From the NCBI GenBank assembly GCA_965199715.1, contig CBDATA010000001.1, positions 96,001 through 160,000 of the forward strand: a stretch of 64,000 nt of DNA. The letters are read 5' to 3'. Position 1 is the first letter of the stretch. Every line of letters starts with the position of its first letter. The translations under genes were made by a program, and so were the position numbers. Origin of the DNA: Vicinamibacteria bacterium. Lineage in GTDB: Bacteria > Acidobacteriota > Vicinamibacteria > Marinacidobacterales > Marinacidobacteraceae. This document shows positions 41,406 through 51,305 of this stretch, in pieces. Below the pieces are notes generated by a model. The model saw only the letters and a program-made list of their open reading frames with translations. It had not been told where the DNA came from and did no database searches.

Positions 41406-41860
41406 CCCGCAAGCGGGCGCCGGAAGTCGGCTTCTACTGCGACTCCTGCGACCGCTATTCGATCTGGAGTCCGCCGGCGCCGGACGGAACCTGCTCCCAC
41501 TGCGGGGCGGCCAACCCGCCCGCCGCCCCCGAGCGCGCCGAGCCCGGCGAGCCCATCGCCGCCTGTCCCCAGTGCGGCAACCCCGACCTGTACCGCAAGA
41601 AGGATCTTCCGCAGCAGGCCGGGTGCGCGGCCGTGATCGGCGGGATCGCGCTCTCCACGGCGGCCTACGCGATCTGGGACTTCCCCGGCGCCTTCGCGGT
41701 GCTCGCGTCCGTGGCGCTGCTCGATTTCCTGATCTACCAGCGCCTCGGCGAGGCGACGGTGTGCTACCGCTGCCACGCCGAGCTGCGCGGATTTCCCGAC
41801 AACGAGGCCCACGGCGCGTTCGACATGCACCGCGCCGAGGAGTACGAGGCGGGCGACTGA
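41402..41860 (+). CDS. Cys-rich (4x CxxC) membrane protein
   Basis: CDSC, CSHC, CPQC, two hydrophobic helices, CYRC; GTGA overlap with the upstream gene. Confidence 0.65.
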   Translation: MTRKRAPEVGFYCDSCDRYSIWSPPAPDGTCSHCGAANPPAAPERAEPGEPIAACPQCGNPDLYRKKDLPQQAGCAAVIGGIALSTAAYAIWDFPGAFAVLASVALLDFLIYQRLGEATVCYRCHAELRGFPDNEAHGAFDMHRAEEYEAGD

Positions 41861-41861
41861 C

Positions 41862-44438
41862 TCAGGCGGCGGCGAGGCGAAGCTCCCCGCCGTCCGCATC
41901 GAGGCGCAGCTCCTGCCGGGGACCGAGCGAGCCCTCGACCATCATCCGGGCCGCCGGGGTCTCGACCCGCTGCTGGAGAACGCGGCGCACCGGCCGGGCG
42001 CCGTAGATGCGGTCGTAGCCGAGGTTCGCGAGCAGGCGGATGGCCGAAGCGTCGGCCTTGAGGCCGATGTTGCGCTCCTCGAGCCTGGCGCGGAACCGGT
42101 CGAGCTGCAGGGCGACGATCCGTTCGATCTGGTCGCGTTCGAGGCTGCGGAACACGACCGTCTCGTCCACCCGGTTCAGGAACTCGGGCCGGAACCGCCC
42201 CCGCAGTTCGCGCTCGACGCGGTCCCGGACCTCGTCCCACGGCGCGCCACGGGACGTCATCTCGAGGATGTCGGCGCTCCCGACGTTCGAGGTCATGATG
42301 AACACGACGTTCCGGAAATCCACGAGCCGGCCCTGCGAATCGGTGAGGCGGCCGTCGTCGAGCGCCTGCAGCAGGACGCTGTGGACCTCCGGATGCGCCT
42401 TCTCGATCTCGTCCAGCAACACGACCGCCCACGGGCGGCGGCGCACCGCCTCGGTGAGCTGGCCCCCCTCCTCGTAGCCGACGTACCCCGGGGGCGCTCC
42501 GGTGAGGCGCGCCACCGAGTGCCGCTCGGAATACTCCGACATGTCCAGCCGGATGAGCGCCCGCTCGTCGTCGAAGAGCTCGGCGGCCAGCGCCCGGGCC
42601 AGTTCCGTCTTGCCGACTCCGGTGGGGCCGGCGAACAGGAACGCGCCGAGCGGTCGGTCCGGATCCTGGATTCCGGCGCGGGCGCGCAGCACCGCGTCGG
42701 CGACCGCTCGGACGCCGCGCTCCTGCCCCACCACCCGCTTGTGGAGCAGGTCGGCGAGCCGCAGCAGCTTTCGCCGCTCCCCCTCCACGATGCGCTCCAC
42801 CGGGATTCCCGTCCAGCGGGAGACCACGCAAGCGACGTCCGCCTCGCCCACTTCCTCCCGAAGCAGCCGGTCCGGGGCGACTTCGACGCGGGCCTCCGCG
42901 TCGGCGAGTTCCTTGCGCAGCCGGGCGATGACGCCGAAGCGCAGCTCGGCGGCCGCTTCGAGGTCCACGTCCCGCTCGGCGCGCTCCATCCGGGTCCCGG
43001 CTTCCTCCAGTTCGCGCCGGATGCGGCGCACCTCGGCGAGGCGCTCCTTCTCGCCCTGCCAGCGGGCCCGCAGCGTCTTCGCCTCCTCTCCGCGGCCGGC
43101 GATCCGCCCCTCCAGCTCGGCGCACCGTTCGCGGGACGCGGCGTCCTTCTCCTTCTTGAGCGCCTCCCGCTCGATCTGGAGCGAGAGCAGGTCGCGCTCG
43201 ACCCGGTCCAGCTCGGTGGGGACGCTGTCGATTTCGGTGCGCAGGCGGGCGGCCGCCTCGTCCACGAGGTCGATGGCCTTGTCCGGCAGGAACCGGCCGG
43301 AGATGTAGCGATGCGAGAGCGACGCGGCCGCGAGCAGGGCTCCGTCCCGGATCCGGACCCCGTGGTGGATCTCGTAGCGCTCCTTCAGGCCGCGCAGGAT
43401 GGTCACCGTGACGGCCGGCGAGGGCTCCTCGACGGCCACCGTCTGGAAGCGGCGGGCCAGCGCGGCGTCCTTCTCGACGTGCTTGCGGTACTCGTCCCGC
43501 GTCGTGGCGCCGATGCAGTGGAGGTCGCCCCGGGCGAGCGCCGGCTTGAGCAGGTTCGAGGCGTCCATCGCGCCCTCTGTGGCCCCCGCTCCGACGACGG
43601 TGTGCAGCTCGTCGATGAAGAGGATCACCCGGCCCTCGGCCTTCTGGACCGCGCCGAGCACCGCCTTCAGCCGCTCCTCGAACTCGCCGCGGAACTTCGC
43701 TCCGGCGATGAGCGCTCCCATGTCGAGCGCGACCACCTGCCGGCCCCGGAGACCCTCGGGCACGTCGCCCTGCACGATGCGCAGCGCGAGCCCTTCGGCG
43801 ATCGCGGTCTTCCCCACGCCCGGCTCGCCGATGAGGACCGGATTGTTCTTCGTCCGGCGGGAGAGGATCTGCATCACGCGGCGGATCTCGTCGTCGCGCC
43901 CGATGACCGGGTCCAGCTTGTCCTCGGCGGCGAGCCCGGTGAGGTCGCGCCCGTATCGCGCGAGCGGCTCCAACGTCTCCTCGGGCCGCTCCGAGGTCAC
44001 GCGCGCTCCGTCGCGAAGCTGCGCCGCCGCTTCGCGCAGCGGCCCCGGCGGCGCGCCGGCCTCGCGCAGCAGCCGCGACGCCGCGCCCGAGCGGCTCGCG
44101 AGCGCGAGGAGCAGGTGCTCGACGCTCAGGTACTCGTCCCCGAGCTTCTTCGCCTCGCCCGAGGCCGCCCGCAGGACCGCCGCGAGCTCGCGGGAGGGGG
44201 CCGGTTCCTCCGAGTGCGCGAGCGTCGGAAGGCCGGCGATGGCGGCCGCCGTCCGCTTCGCCAGCGCCGCCGGATCGCTTCCGAGGCGCTCCAGCAGGCG
44301 CACGGCGAGGCCGTCCCCGTCCTCGAGCAGCGCCAGCAGGAGATGCTCGGGCAGGATCTCCGGATGGCGGGCGTCGGCCGCGTGTTCGGTCGCGCGCGCC
44401 AGACCGGCGCGGACCCGTTCGGTCGTGCGCATGGTCAT
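41862..44438 (-). CDS. clpB: ATP-dependent chaperone ClpB
   Basis: [16 protein letters not shown], long coiled-coil M domain, [17 protein letters not shown]. Confidence 0.96.
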   Translation of the reverse strand: MTMRTTERVRAGLARATEHAADARHPEILPEHLLLALLEDGDGLAVRLLERLGSDPAALAKRTAAAIAGLPTLAHSEEPAPSRELAAVLRAASGEAKKLGDEYLSVEHLLLALASRSGAASRLLREAGAPPGPLREAAAQLRDGARVTSERPEETLEPLARYGRDLTGLAAEDKLDPVIGRDDEIRRVMQILSRRTKNNPVLIGEPGVGKTAIAEGLALRIVQGDVPEGLRGRQVVALDMGALIAGAKFRGEFEERLKAVLGAVQKAEGRVILFIDELHTVVGAGATEGAMDASNLLKPALARGDLHCIGATTRDEYRKHVEKDAALARRFQTVAVEEPSPAVTVTILRGLKERYEIHHGVRIRDGALLAAASLSHRYISGRFLPDKAIDLVDEAAARLRTEIDSVPTELDRVERDLLSLQIEREALKKEKDAASRERCAELEGRIAGRGEEAKTLRARWQGEKERLAEVRRIRRELEEAGTRMERAERDVDLEAAAELRFGVIARLRKELADAEARVEVAPDRLLREEVGEADVACVVSRWTGIPVERIVEGERRKLLRLADLLHKRVVGQERGVRAVADAVLRARAGIQDPDRPLGAFLFAGPTGVGKTELARALAAELFDDERALIRLDMSEYSERHSVARLTGAPPGYVGYEEGGQLTEAVRRRPWAVVLLDEIEKAHPEVHSVLLQALDDGRLTDSQGRLVDFRNVVFIMTSNVGSADILEMTSRGAPWDEVRDRVERELRGRFRPEFLNRVDETVVFRSLERDQIERIVALQLDRFRARLEERNIGLKADASAIRLLANLGYDRIYGARPVRRVLQQRVETPAARMMVEGSLGPRQELRLDADGGELRLAAA

Positions 44439-44534
44439 GATCTTAGTTTATCCATATCAACTGTTATGCGCCACAGTATAGAACATTCATGCGAGCGCAA
44501 GCCCCCGCCGGAAAGACGGGGAGTCCGGGGCGGA

Positions 44535-45728
<1,194 letters not shown>

Positions 45729-45750
45729 GGCTCACACTCTACCCGAGCGC

Positions 45751-46911
45751 ATGACCCCCGAAACGGTGAAGGAACGCCTCCGGGAAGCGGGCGCCCGCTT
45801 CGGGTTCGACCACGTCGGATTCGCTCCCGGCCGCCTCGAAGAAGCCGGGCGCCGCTTCCAGACGTGGCTCGACGACGGAAACCACGGCGAGATGGCGTGG
45901 CTGGAACGGAACCCGGCCCGGCGCAGCGACGCGGGGCCGGAGCGGACGGTCGCCGTCTGTTCGGTGAACTACTGGGGCGGCGCCCCCGCGTCCGCGCCCC
46001 CCGGCGGCGGCGTGGTCAGCCAGTACGCGCGCGGCGAGGACTACCACCGGGTCCTGGAGTCCCGCCTGCGCAAGTTCGCCCGTTTCGCCGGGAGCCTGGC
46101 CCGCAAGGCGGGGCTGGCGCCCGACGACGCGCGCATTCCGACGCTCGTGGATCACGGACCGCTGCTGGAGAAGGCGTACGCCGAGCGCGCCGGCGTCGGC
46201 TGGACCGGCAAGCACTCGAACGTGATCGCGTCCCGCGGAAGCTCGTGGTTCTTCCTCGGCGAGCTGCTCCTGCCCTTCCGGCTGCCGCCCGACGAGACCC
46301 ACCCGAACCGGTGCGGGAGCTGCGTCCGATGCATCGACGCCTGCCCCACCGGCGCGATCGTCGCTCCCTACGTGGTGGACAGCCGCCTTTGCGTTTCCTA
46401 TCTCACGATCGAGCTGCGGGGGCCGATTCCGAAGGAGCTGCGCCGGCCGCTCGGGAACCGCATCTTCGGCTGCGACGACTGCCAGGACGTCTGCCCCTGG
46501 AACCGGTTCGCGGTTCCGACCGCCGACCCGGCCTTCGCGGCCCCGGACGACGCCCTCGGCGCCGAGACGCTCGCCCGGCTCCTCGCGCTCACGCCGCAGG
46601 AGTTCCGCGACCGGTCGCGGCGCAGCGCGATCCGCCGCGCCAGCTACGCCGGATTCCTGCGGAACGTGGCCGTCGCGCTCGGAAACAGCGGCGATCCCGC
46701 GGCGTTCGGCCCACTGACGTCTGCGCTCGACCACGAGGAGCCGCTCGTGCGCGGCCACGCCGCGTGGGCGCTCGGCGAGATCGACGCCGCCCGGGCGCGC
46801 CCGCTGCTCGAAGCCCGCCGGAAGCGGGAGCCGGACGCCTCGGTCCGGGAGGAGATCGAAGCCGCGCTCAGCGGATCGCGGCCTGCATGTCCGCGACCGT
46901 CACGAACTTGA
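45751..46911 (+). CDS. queG: Epoxyqueuosine reductase
   Basis: YARGEDYH, GSWFFLGE, CGSCVRCIDACPT, GCDDCQDVCPWN, RNVAVALGN, HEAT tail. Confidence 0.94.
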   Translation: MTPETVKERLREAGARFGFDHVGFAPGRLEEAGRRFQTWLDDGNHGEMAWLERNPARRSDAGPERTVAVCSVNYWGGAPASAPPGGGVVSQYARGEDYHRVLESRLRKFARFAGSLARKAGLAPDDARIPTLVDHGPLLEKAYAERAGVGWTGKHSNVIASRGSSWFFLGELLLPFRLPPDETHPNRCGSCVRCIDACPTGAIVAPYVVDSRLCVSYLTIELRGPIPKELRRPLGNRIFGCDDCQDVCPWNRFAVPTADPAFAAPDDALGAETLARLLALTPQEFRDRSRRSAIRRASYAGFLRNVAVALGNSGDPAAFGPLTSALDHEEPLVRGHAAWALGEIDAARARPLLEARRKREPDASVREEIEAALSGSRPACPRPSRT

Positions 46912-48265
46912 CCCGCGGCCGGCCCTCCGCCGCGCCGCGCTCCACCTCGATGGCGTCCAGCTTCTTCCAGTCGGCGAACGAGAAGTAATCGGGAGCCCGG
47001 TCGCGCACGAGCCGCTCGGCGGCCTCGGCGGAGGGGTTCGCGGGGATCCAGCAGTCGCCCCGAGCCACGTCCTCGAGGAGCGCCTTGACCGTCTCGAGCG
47101 CGTCCGGCTTGTTGGTGCCGATGACCCCGGTCGGGCCGCGCTTGATCCAGCCGGCGCAGTACTGGCCGGTCAGCCGCTCGCCGTCGGGACTGGTGAGGAC
47201 GCGCCCGTCGGCGTGAGGGATGACCCCCCAGTCATTCCGGAAGGGTACGCCCGGTAGCGCCACGCCCCGGTAGCCCACCGAACGGAAGACGAGCCCGGCG
47301 TCGAGCGTCTCGAAGGAGCCAGTGGCGCGAGGCCGAACGCCGCCCCGGTCCGTCCGGTAGAGCTCGTTCCGGACGAGCCGCACCCGCCCCACGCCCCCGT
47401 CGGGGCCGGCGAGCAACTCGACCGGCGACACGAGGAAGCGGACGATGAGCGCGCGCGGCTTGCCGGAGCGCTGCTCCTCGGCGTACCGGTTCAGGATGCG
47501 CACCTTGAGGGGCGCCGCCCGGTCCGCCCCCGAGTCCACCCACTCCTGGCTGACCGGGTCGAGCGCGGCCTCGTCGGGGCGCACCCGGATGTCCGCGCCC
47601 TCCATTTCGCCGAGCTCGCGGATCTCGGGGTTGCTGAAGGCCGCCTGCGCCGGTCCGCGCCGTCCCAGCATGTGGATCGTCCTGATGCGGCTCTCGGCGA
47701 GCTGCTCGAGCGCGTAGTCGGCGATGTCCGTCCGGCGCAGCTCGTCCACCGACCGGGCGAGGATGCGGCAGACGTCCACCGCCACGTTGCCGACCCCGAC
47801 GACGGCTGCTTCCTCCTGCGACAGGTCGAACTCGCGGTCGCGGTAGTCCGGATGGCCGTTGTACCAGGCCACGAATTCGGTCGCCGCGTGGCTCCTCGGC
47901 AGGTCCTCGCCGGAAATGCGCATCGCCCGGTCCACCTGGGCGCCCACCGCGTAGATCACGGCGTGGTAATGCGACTTCACGTCCTCGAGCCGGAGGTCGC
48001 CGCCGAACTCGACTCCGCCGAAGAAGCGGAACCCGGGCTTCCCCGCGGTGCGCTCGTAGGCGCGGGTCACCGTCTTGATCTTCTGGTGGTCGGGCGCGAC
48101 GCCGCCCCGGACGAGACCGTAGGGAGTCGGCAGCCGGTCGAACAGGTCCACTTCGACCGAGATCCCGGACGCCTTCAGCAGGTGGTCGCTCGCGTAGAAC
48201 CCGGTGGGGCCCGACCCGAAAATGGCGACCCGAAGCGGTGATTCCGGCGTCCCGATGCGGCTCAT
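46868..48265 (-). CDS. Adrenodoxin-reductase-type ferredoxin-NADP+ reductase (FprA-like)
   Basis: GSGPTG, PYGLVRGGVAPDH, FVAWYNGHP, GVGNVAVD, GWIKRGPTGVIG. Confidence 0.92.
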   Translation of the reverse strand: MSRIGTPESPLRVAIFGSGPTGFYASDHLLKASGISVEVDLFDRLPTPYGLVRGGVAPDHQKIKTVTRAYERTAGKPGFRFFGGVEFGGDLRLEDVKSHYHAVIYAVGAQVDRAMRISGEDLPRSHAATEFVAWYNGHPDYRDREFDLSQEEAAVVGVGNVAVDVCRILARSVDELRRTDIADYALEQLAESRIRTIHMLGRRGPAQAAFSNPEIRELGEMEGADIRVRPDEAALDPVSQEWVDSGADRAAPLKVRILNRYAEEQRSGKPRALIVRFLVSPVELLAGPDGGVGRVRLVRNELYRTDRGGVRPRATGSFETLDAGLVFRSVGYRGVALPGVPFRNDWGVIPHADGRVLTSPDGERLTGQYCAGWIKRGPTGVIGTNKPDALETVKALLEDVARGDCWIPANPSAEAAERLVRDRAPDYFSFADWKKLDAIEVERGAAEGRPRVKFVTVADMQAAIR

Positions 48266-48299
48266 GGCGCGCGAAGTATAGAAGGGCCGGACGGACGGA

Positions 48300-48794
48300 T
48301 CAGCCGAGCGCCTCGCGGATTTCGCGCTGCGCCTCCCGCGTCCGGATGGTCTCCCGCCGGTCGCGCTGGGTCTTGCCCCGGGCGAGGCCGACCCGCACCT
48401 TGATCCACCCGTTGCGGACGTAGATCCGCAGCGGCACGAGCGTCAGGCCGGTCGTGCTCAGCTTCCCCCCGATCCGGCTCACCTCGCCGGAATGGAGGAG
48501 CAGCTTGCGCGGGCGGTTCGGGTTCTCCGGCTCGCCCGAGGCGTGCTGGTAGGGAGCGATATGGCAGTTGACGAGGAAGATCTCGCCGCCGCGCTCCTTC
48601 CCGTAGGAGTCCTTCAGGTCCGCGCCGCCGAGGCGGCAGGACTTCACTTCCGGGCCGGTCAGCGCCACGCCCGCCTCGAATTCCTCGATCACCTCGTAGT
48701 CCCGGCGCGCCCGCCGGTTCTCCGCGAGCGCCCGTTCCGGAGTCGCGCCGCCCCGCGCCCGCTTCTTCCGTCTCGCCGTCTTCTTCCTGCTCAT
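48300..48794 (-). CDS. smpB: SsrA-binding protein
   Basis: NRRAR.DY, EAGVALTG.EVKS, RKLLLH, ARGK..DRR; ATG at 48794. Confidence 0.95.
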   Translation of the reverse strand: MSRKKTARRKKRARGGATPERALAENRRARRDYEVIEEFEAGVALTGPEVKSCRLGGADLKDSYGKERGGEIFLVNCHIAPYQHASGEPENPNRPRKLLLHSGEVSRIGGKLSTTGLTLVPLRIYVRNGWIKVRVGLARGKTQRDRRETIRTREAQREIREALG

Positions 48795-48840
48795 CGCGTC
48801 TCTCCGGGCTGAGTGTAGCCCGCTACCATCGCGGCGTCGG

Positions 48841-50037
48841 ATGCCCCGCTTCGAGTGCCAGGTCGGCGAAGCCGGCGGCGAACTGCGCAGCCTCGCGCTG
48901 GAGTCGGCGAGCGCCGCCGCGGCGCGGACCGAGCTCGCCTCGCGGGGACTCGAGGTGTTCGACGTCCGGCGCGCTCGGCGGGACTTCCCGCTCCTGCGGC
49001 GCCGCGCCCGCGCCAGGGACGTGCTCCTCTTCAATCAGGAGCTCGCCGCGCTGCTGCGCGCCGGACTGCCGCTCGCCGAGGCGCTCTCGATCCTCGTGGA
49101 GCGCATGGACAACCCCACGTTCCGCGACGCGGTCGAGACGATCCTCGGCGAGGTGCGCGCTGGAACGCCGATGAGCGAGGCGGTCTCGCGCCACGTCTTC
49201 TTCCCCGGCGTCTATGCCGCGTGCCTTCGCGCCGGCGAGACCAGCGGCGACCTCGCCGGCATGGTCGCCCGCTTCGCCGACGCGATGCGGGTCGCGGTGA
49301 AGGCCCGGGCCAACCTCACCGCCGCGCTCGTGTATCCGGCCTTCCTGCTCGTCGCGCTCCTCGGGGCCGCGGCGTACCTGCTCCTCGGCGTGGTCCCCAA
49401 CTTCTTCCCGTTCTTCGCCGGCTTCGACCAAGAACTGCCCGCCCTCACCCTCGCGCTGCTGGGCGCGGCCGAGTTCTTCCGCGACCGGCTCGCGTGGATC
49501 GGGGCCGCAGTCCTCGCGCTCGCCGCCGGGTTCCTCGTCTGGTCGCGTTCGCCCGGGGCGGGGCGCCTCCGCGATCGGACGCTGCTCGCGCTTCCGGTCG
49601 TCGGCGAGGTGCTCCGCCTCTTCGGCGTCTCCCAATTCGCTCGGGCGCTCGGGGCGCTGCTCGGCGGCGGGATGCCGCTCGCGCGGGCGATTCCGGTCGC
49701 GGCGGGAGCGATCGGGAACCTGCATCTGCGAGCCGCGATGGACGGGGTCGCGCAACCGGTGAGCCACGGCGCGCCTTTCGTGGACGCCCTCGCCCGCACC
49801 GGCGAGATTCCGCCCTTCGCGCTCCGCATGGTCCGCGTCGGGGAGAGCGCCGGGGACCTCGACCGCATGGTGACCTCCATCGCCGACTTCAACGACGAGG
49901 TCGTGGAACACCGGGTCTCCGTGCTGCTGAGCCTGCTCACGCCGGTCGTCCTGCTGATCCTCGGCGGGCTCGTCGCGCTCGTGCTGCTCGCGATCTACCT
50001 GCCGCTGTTCAGCCTCGCCGCGGCGCCCGACTTCTGA
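48841..50037 (+). CDS. Type II secretion/type IV pilus platform protein (GspF/PilC)
   Basis: Two T2SSF repeats (LL.AGLPL..AL, GETSG, ALVYP; VGESAG, AIYLPLF). Confidence 0.9.
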   Translation: MPRFECQVGEAGGELRSLALESASAAAARTELASRGLEVFDVRRARRDFPLLRRRARARDVLLFNQELAALLRAGLPLAEALSILVERMDNPTFRDAVETILGEVRAGTPMSEAVSRHVFFPGVYAACLRAGETSGDLAGMVARFADAMRVAVKARANLTAALVYPAFLLVALLGAAAYLLLGVVPNFFPFFAGFDQELPALTLALLGAAEFFRDRLAWIGAAVLALAAGFLVWSRSPGAGRLRDRTLLALPVVGEVLRLFGVSQFARALGALLGGGMPLARAIPVAAGAIGNLHLRAAMDGVAQPVSHGAPFVDALARTGEIPPFALRMVRVGESAGDLDRMVTSIADFNDEVVEHRVSVLLSLLTPVVLLILGGLVALVLLAIYLPLFSLAAAPDF

Positions 50038-50510
50038 TGCGGCGCGACGCCGGGTTCACCCTGATCGAGTTGGTCATCGCCAGCGCGCTGGTGTCGCTTC
50101 TCGCGATGGCCATCATCCCGGTCGCGAAGGTCGCGAGCGTCCGCGGCCGCGAAGTCCAGCTCTCGCGCGACCTGCGCATGTTGCGGACCGCCATCGACGC
50201 CTTCCACGAGGCCGCGGAGGAGGGGGAGGTCGATCCGGCCTTCCTCCTCCCCGAACACGAGAACTACCCGCCGGACCTCGAGACGCTGGTGCGGGGCGCC
50301 CCCGCGCCGCCGGACGAGGACGGCCGGATCCGCCGTTTGAAGTTCCTCCGGCGCGTTCCGGCGGATCCCCTCACCGGGCGGTCGGACTGGCTGCTGCGCT
50401 CTTACCAGGACGAGCCGGACGCGCTCTCATGGGGCGGCCAGAACGTCTTCGACGTGCGCTCCCGCGCCGCCGGAACCGCGCTCGACGGAACCCGGTACCG
50501 GAGTTGGTGA
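50037..50510 (+). CDS. Pseudopilin (prepilin N-methylation domain)
   Basis: G|FTLIEL motif; YPPDLETLV, FLRRVPADP. Confidence 0.88.
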   Translation: MRRDAGFTLIELVIASALVSLLAMAIIPVAKVASVRGREVQLSRDLRMLRTAIDAFHEAAEEGEVDPAFLLPEHENYPPDLETLVRGAPAPPDEDGRIRRLKFLRRVPADPLTGRSDWLLRSYQDEPDALSWGGQNVFDVRSRAAGTALDGTRYRSW

Positions 50511-50896
50511 TGAAGACGCGGCGCGGCTTCAGCTTCATCGAGATGGTGGTCGTGCTCGCCATCCTCGGCGCGCTCCTCGGGCTCGCGATCCCGCGGTTCC
50601 AGTCCCAGCTCCAGAGCTCGCGGGAGGCCGTGCTGCAGCACAACCTCGCGGTGCTCCGGGAGCGGCTCGACCAGTACCGGGCCGACCGGGACGAGTTCCC
50701 CGCGAGCCTCGCGGAGCTGGTGGTCGCGGGCTACCTGCGCGAAATCCCCGCCGATCCGATCACCGACTCCATCACGTGGGAGGAGGTGCGCGACGGCTAC
50801 GACCCGCTCTTCCCCAACGCCCCGGCGGGCGTGTCCGACGTGCGCAGCCGCTCGACCGAGGTCGGCGCCAATGGAGTCCCGTACAACGAGTGGTGA
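50510..50896 (+). CDS. Pseudopilin (GspG-like)
   Basis: G|FSFIEM motif; FPASLAELV..GYLREIP.DP. Confidence 0.88.
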   Translation: MKTRRGFSFIEMVVVLAILGALLGLAIPRFQSQLQSSREAVLQHNLAVLRERLDQYRADRDEFPASLAELVVAGYLREIPADPITDSITWEEVRDGYDPLFPNAPAGVSDVRSRSTEVGANGVPYNEW

Positions 50897-51305
50897 CGCT
50901 GGGTACGCGCTCTTCGCGTTCCTCGTCGCGCTCATGATCCTCGGCGTCGGGCTGACGGCCGCCGTCCCGCGCTGGTCCGACGTCCTCCGCCGGGAGCGCG
51001 AGGCGGAGCTCGTCTTCCGGGGCGAGGCCATCGTCCGGGCCATCGGCGCGTTCGCCGAGGATCGGCCGGGCGTCCTGCCGGAGACGCTCGAGGAGCTGGT
51101 CGAGGAACGCTACCTCCGCAAGGCCTGGATCGACCCGGTGGCGCGGCGGCCGTTCGCGCTGGTGCTGGACCCGGCCGTCACCGAGGACGGGAGGCCCCGG
51201 ATCCTCGGCGTCAAGAGCGCGGCCGAGGGCCTGAGCCTGCGCCCCTGGGACGGAGCGCGCCGGTACCAGGACTGGGAGTTCCTCCACCAGCCCGCGAGCG
51301 AGTAG
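50871..51305 (+). CDS. Pseudopilin-like protein lacking Glu5
   Basis: G|YALFAFL, REREAEL.FRG, LEELV..RYLRK...DP. Confidence 0.75.
   Translation: MESRTTSGDAGYALFAFLVALMILGVGLTAAVPRWSDVLRREREAELVFRGEAIVRAIGAFAEDRPGVLPETLEELVEERYLRKAWIDPVARRPFALVLDPAVTEDGRPRILGVKSAAEGLSLRPWDGARRYQDWEFLHQPASE

Noticed and set aside
46868-46911. Convergent overlap of queG and fprA (and 1159-1172)
   Set aside because: Short non-conserved tail run-ons are common in compact GC-rich genomes
48266-48840. tmRNA or tRNA near smpB, or in the 13553-13649 spacer
   Set aside because: The spacers are too short or lack cloverleaf/T-loop and CCA signatures
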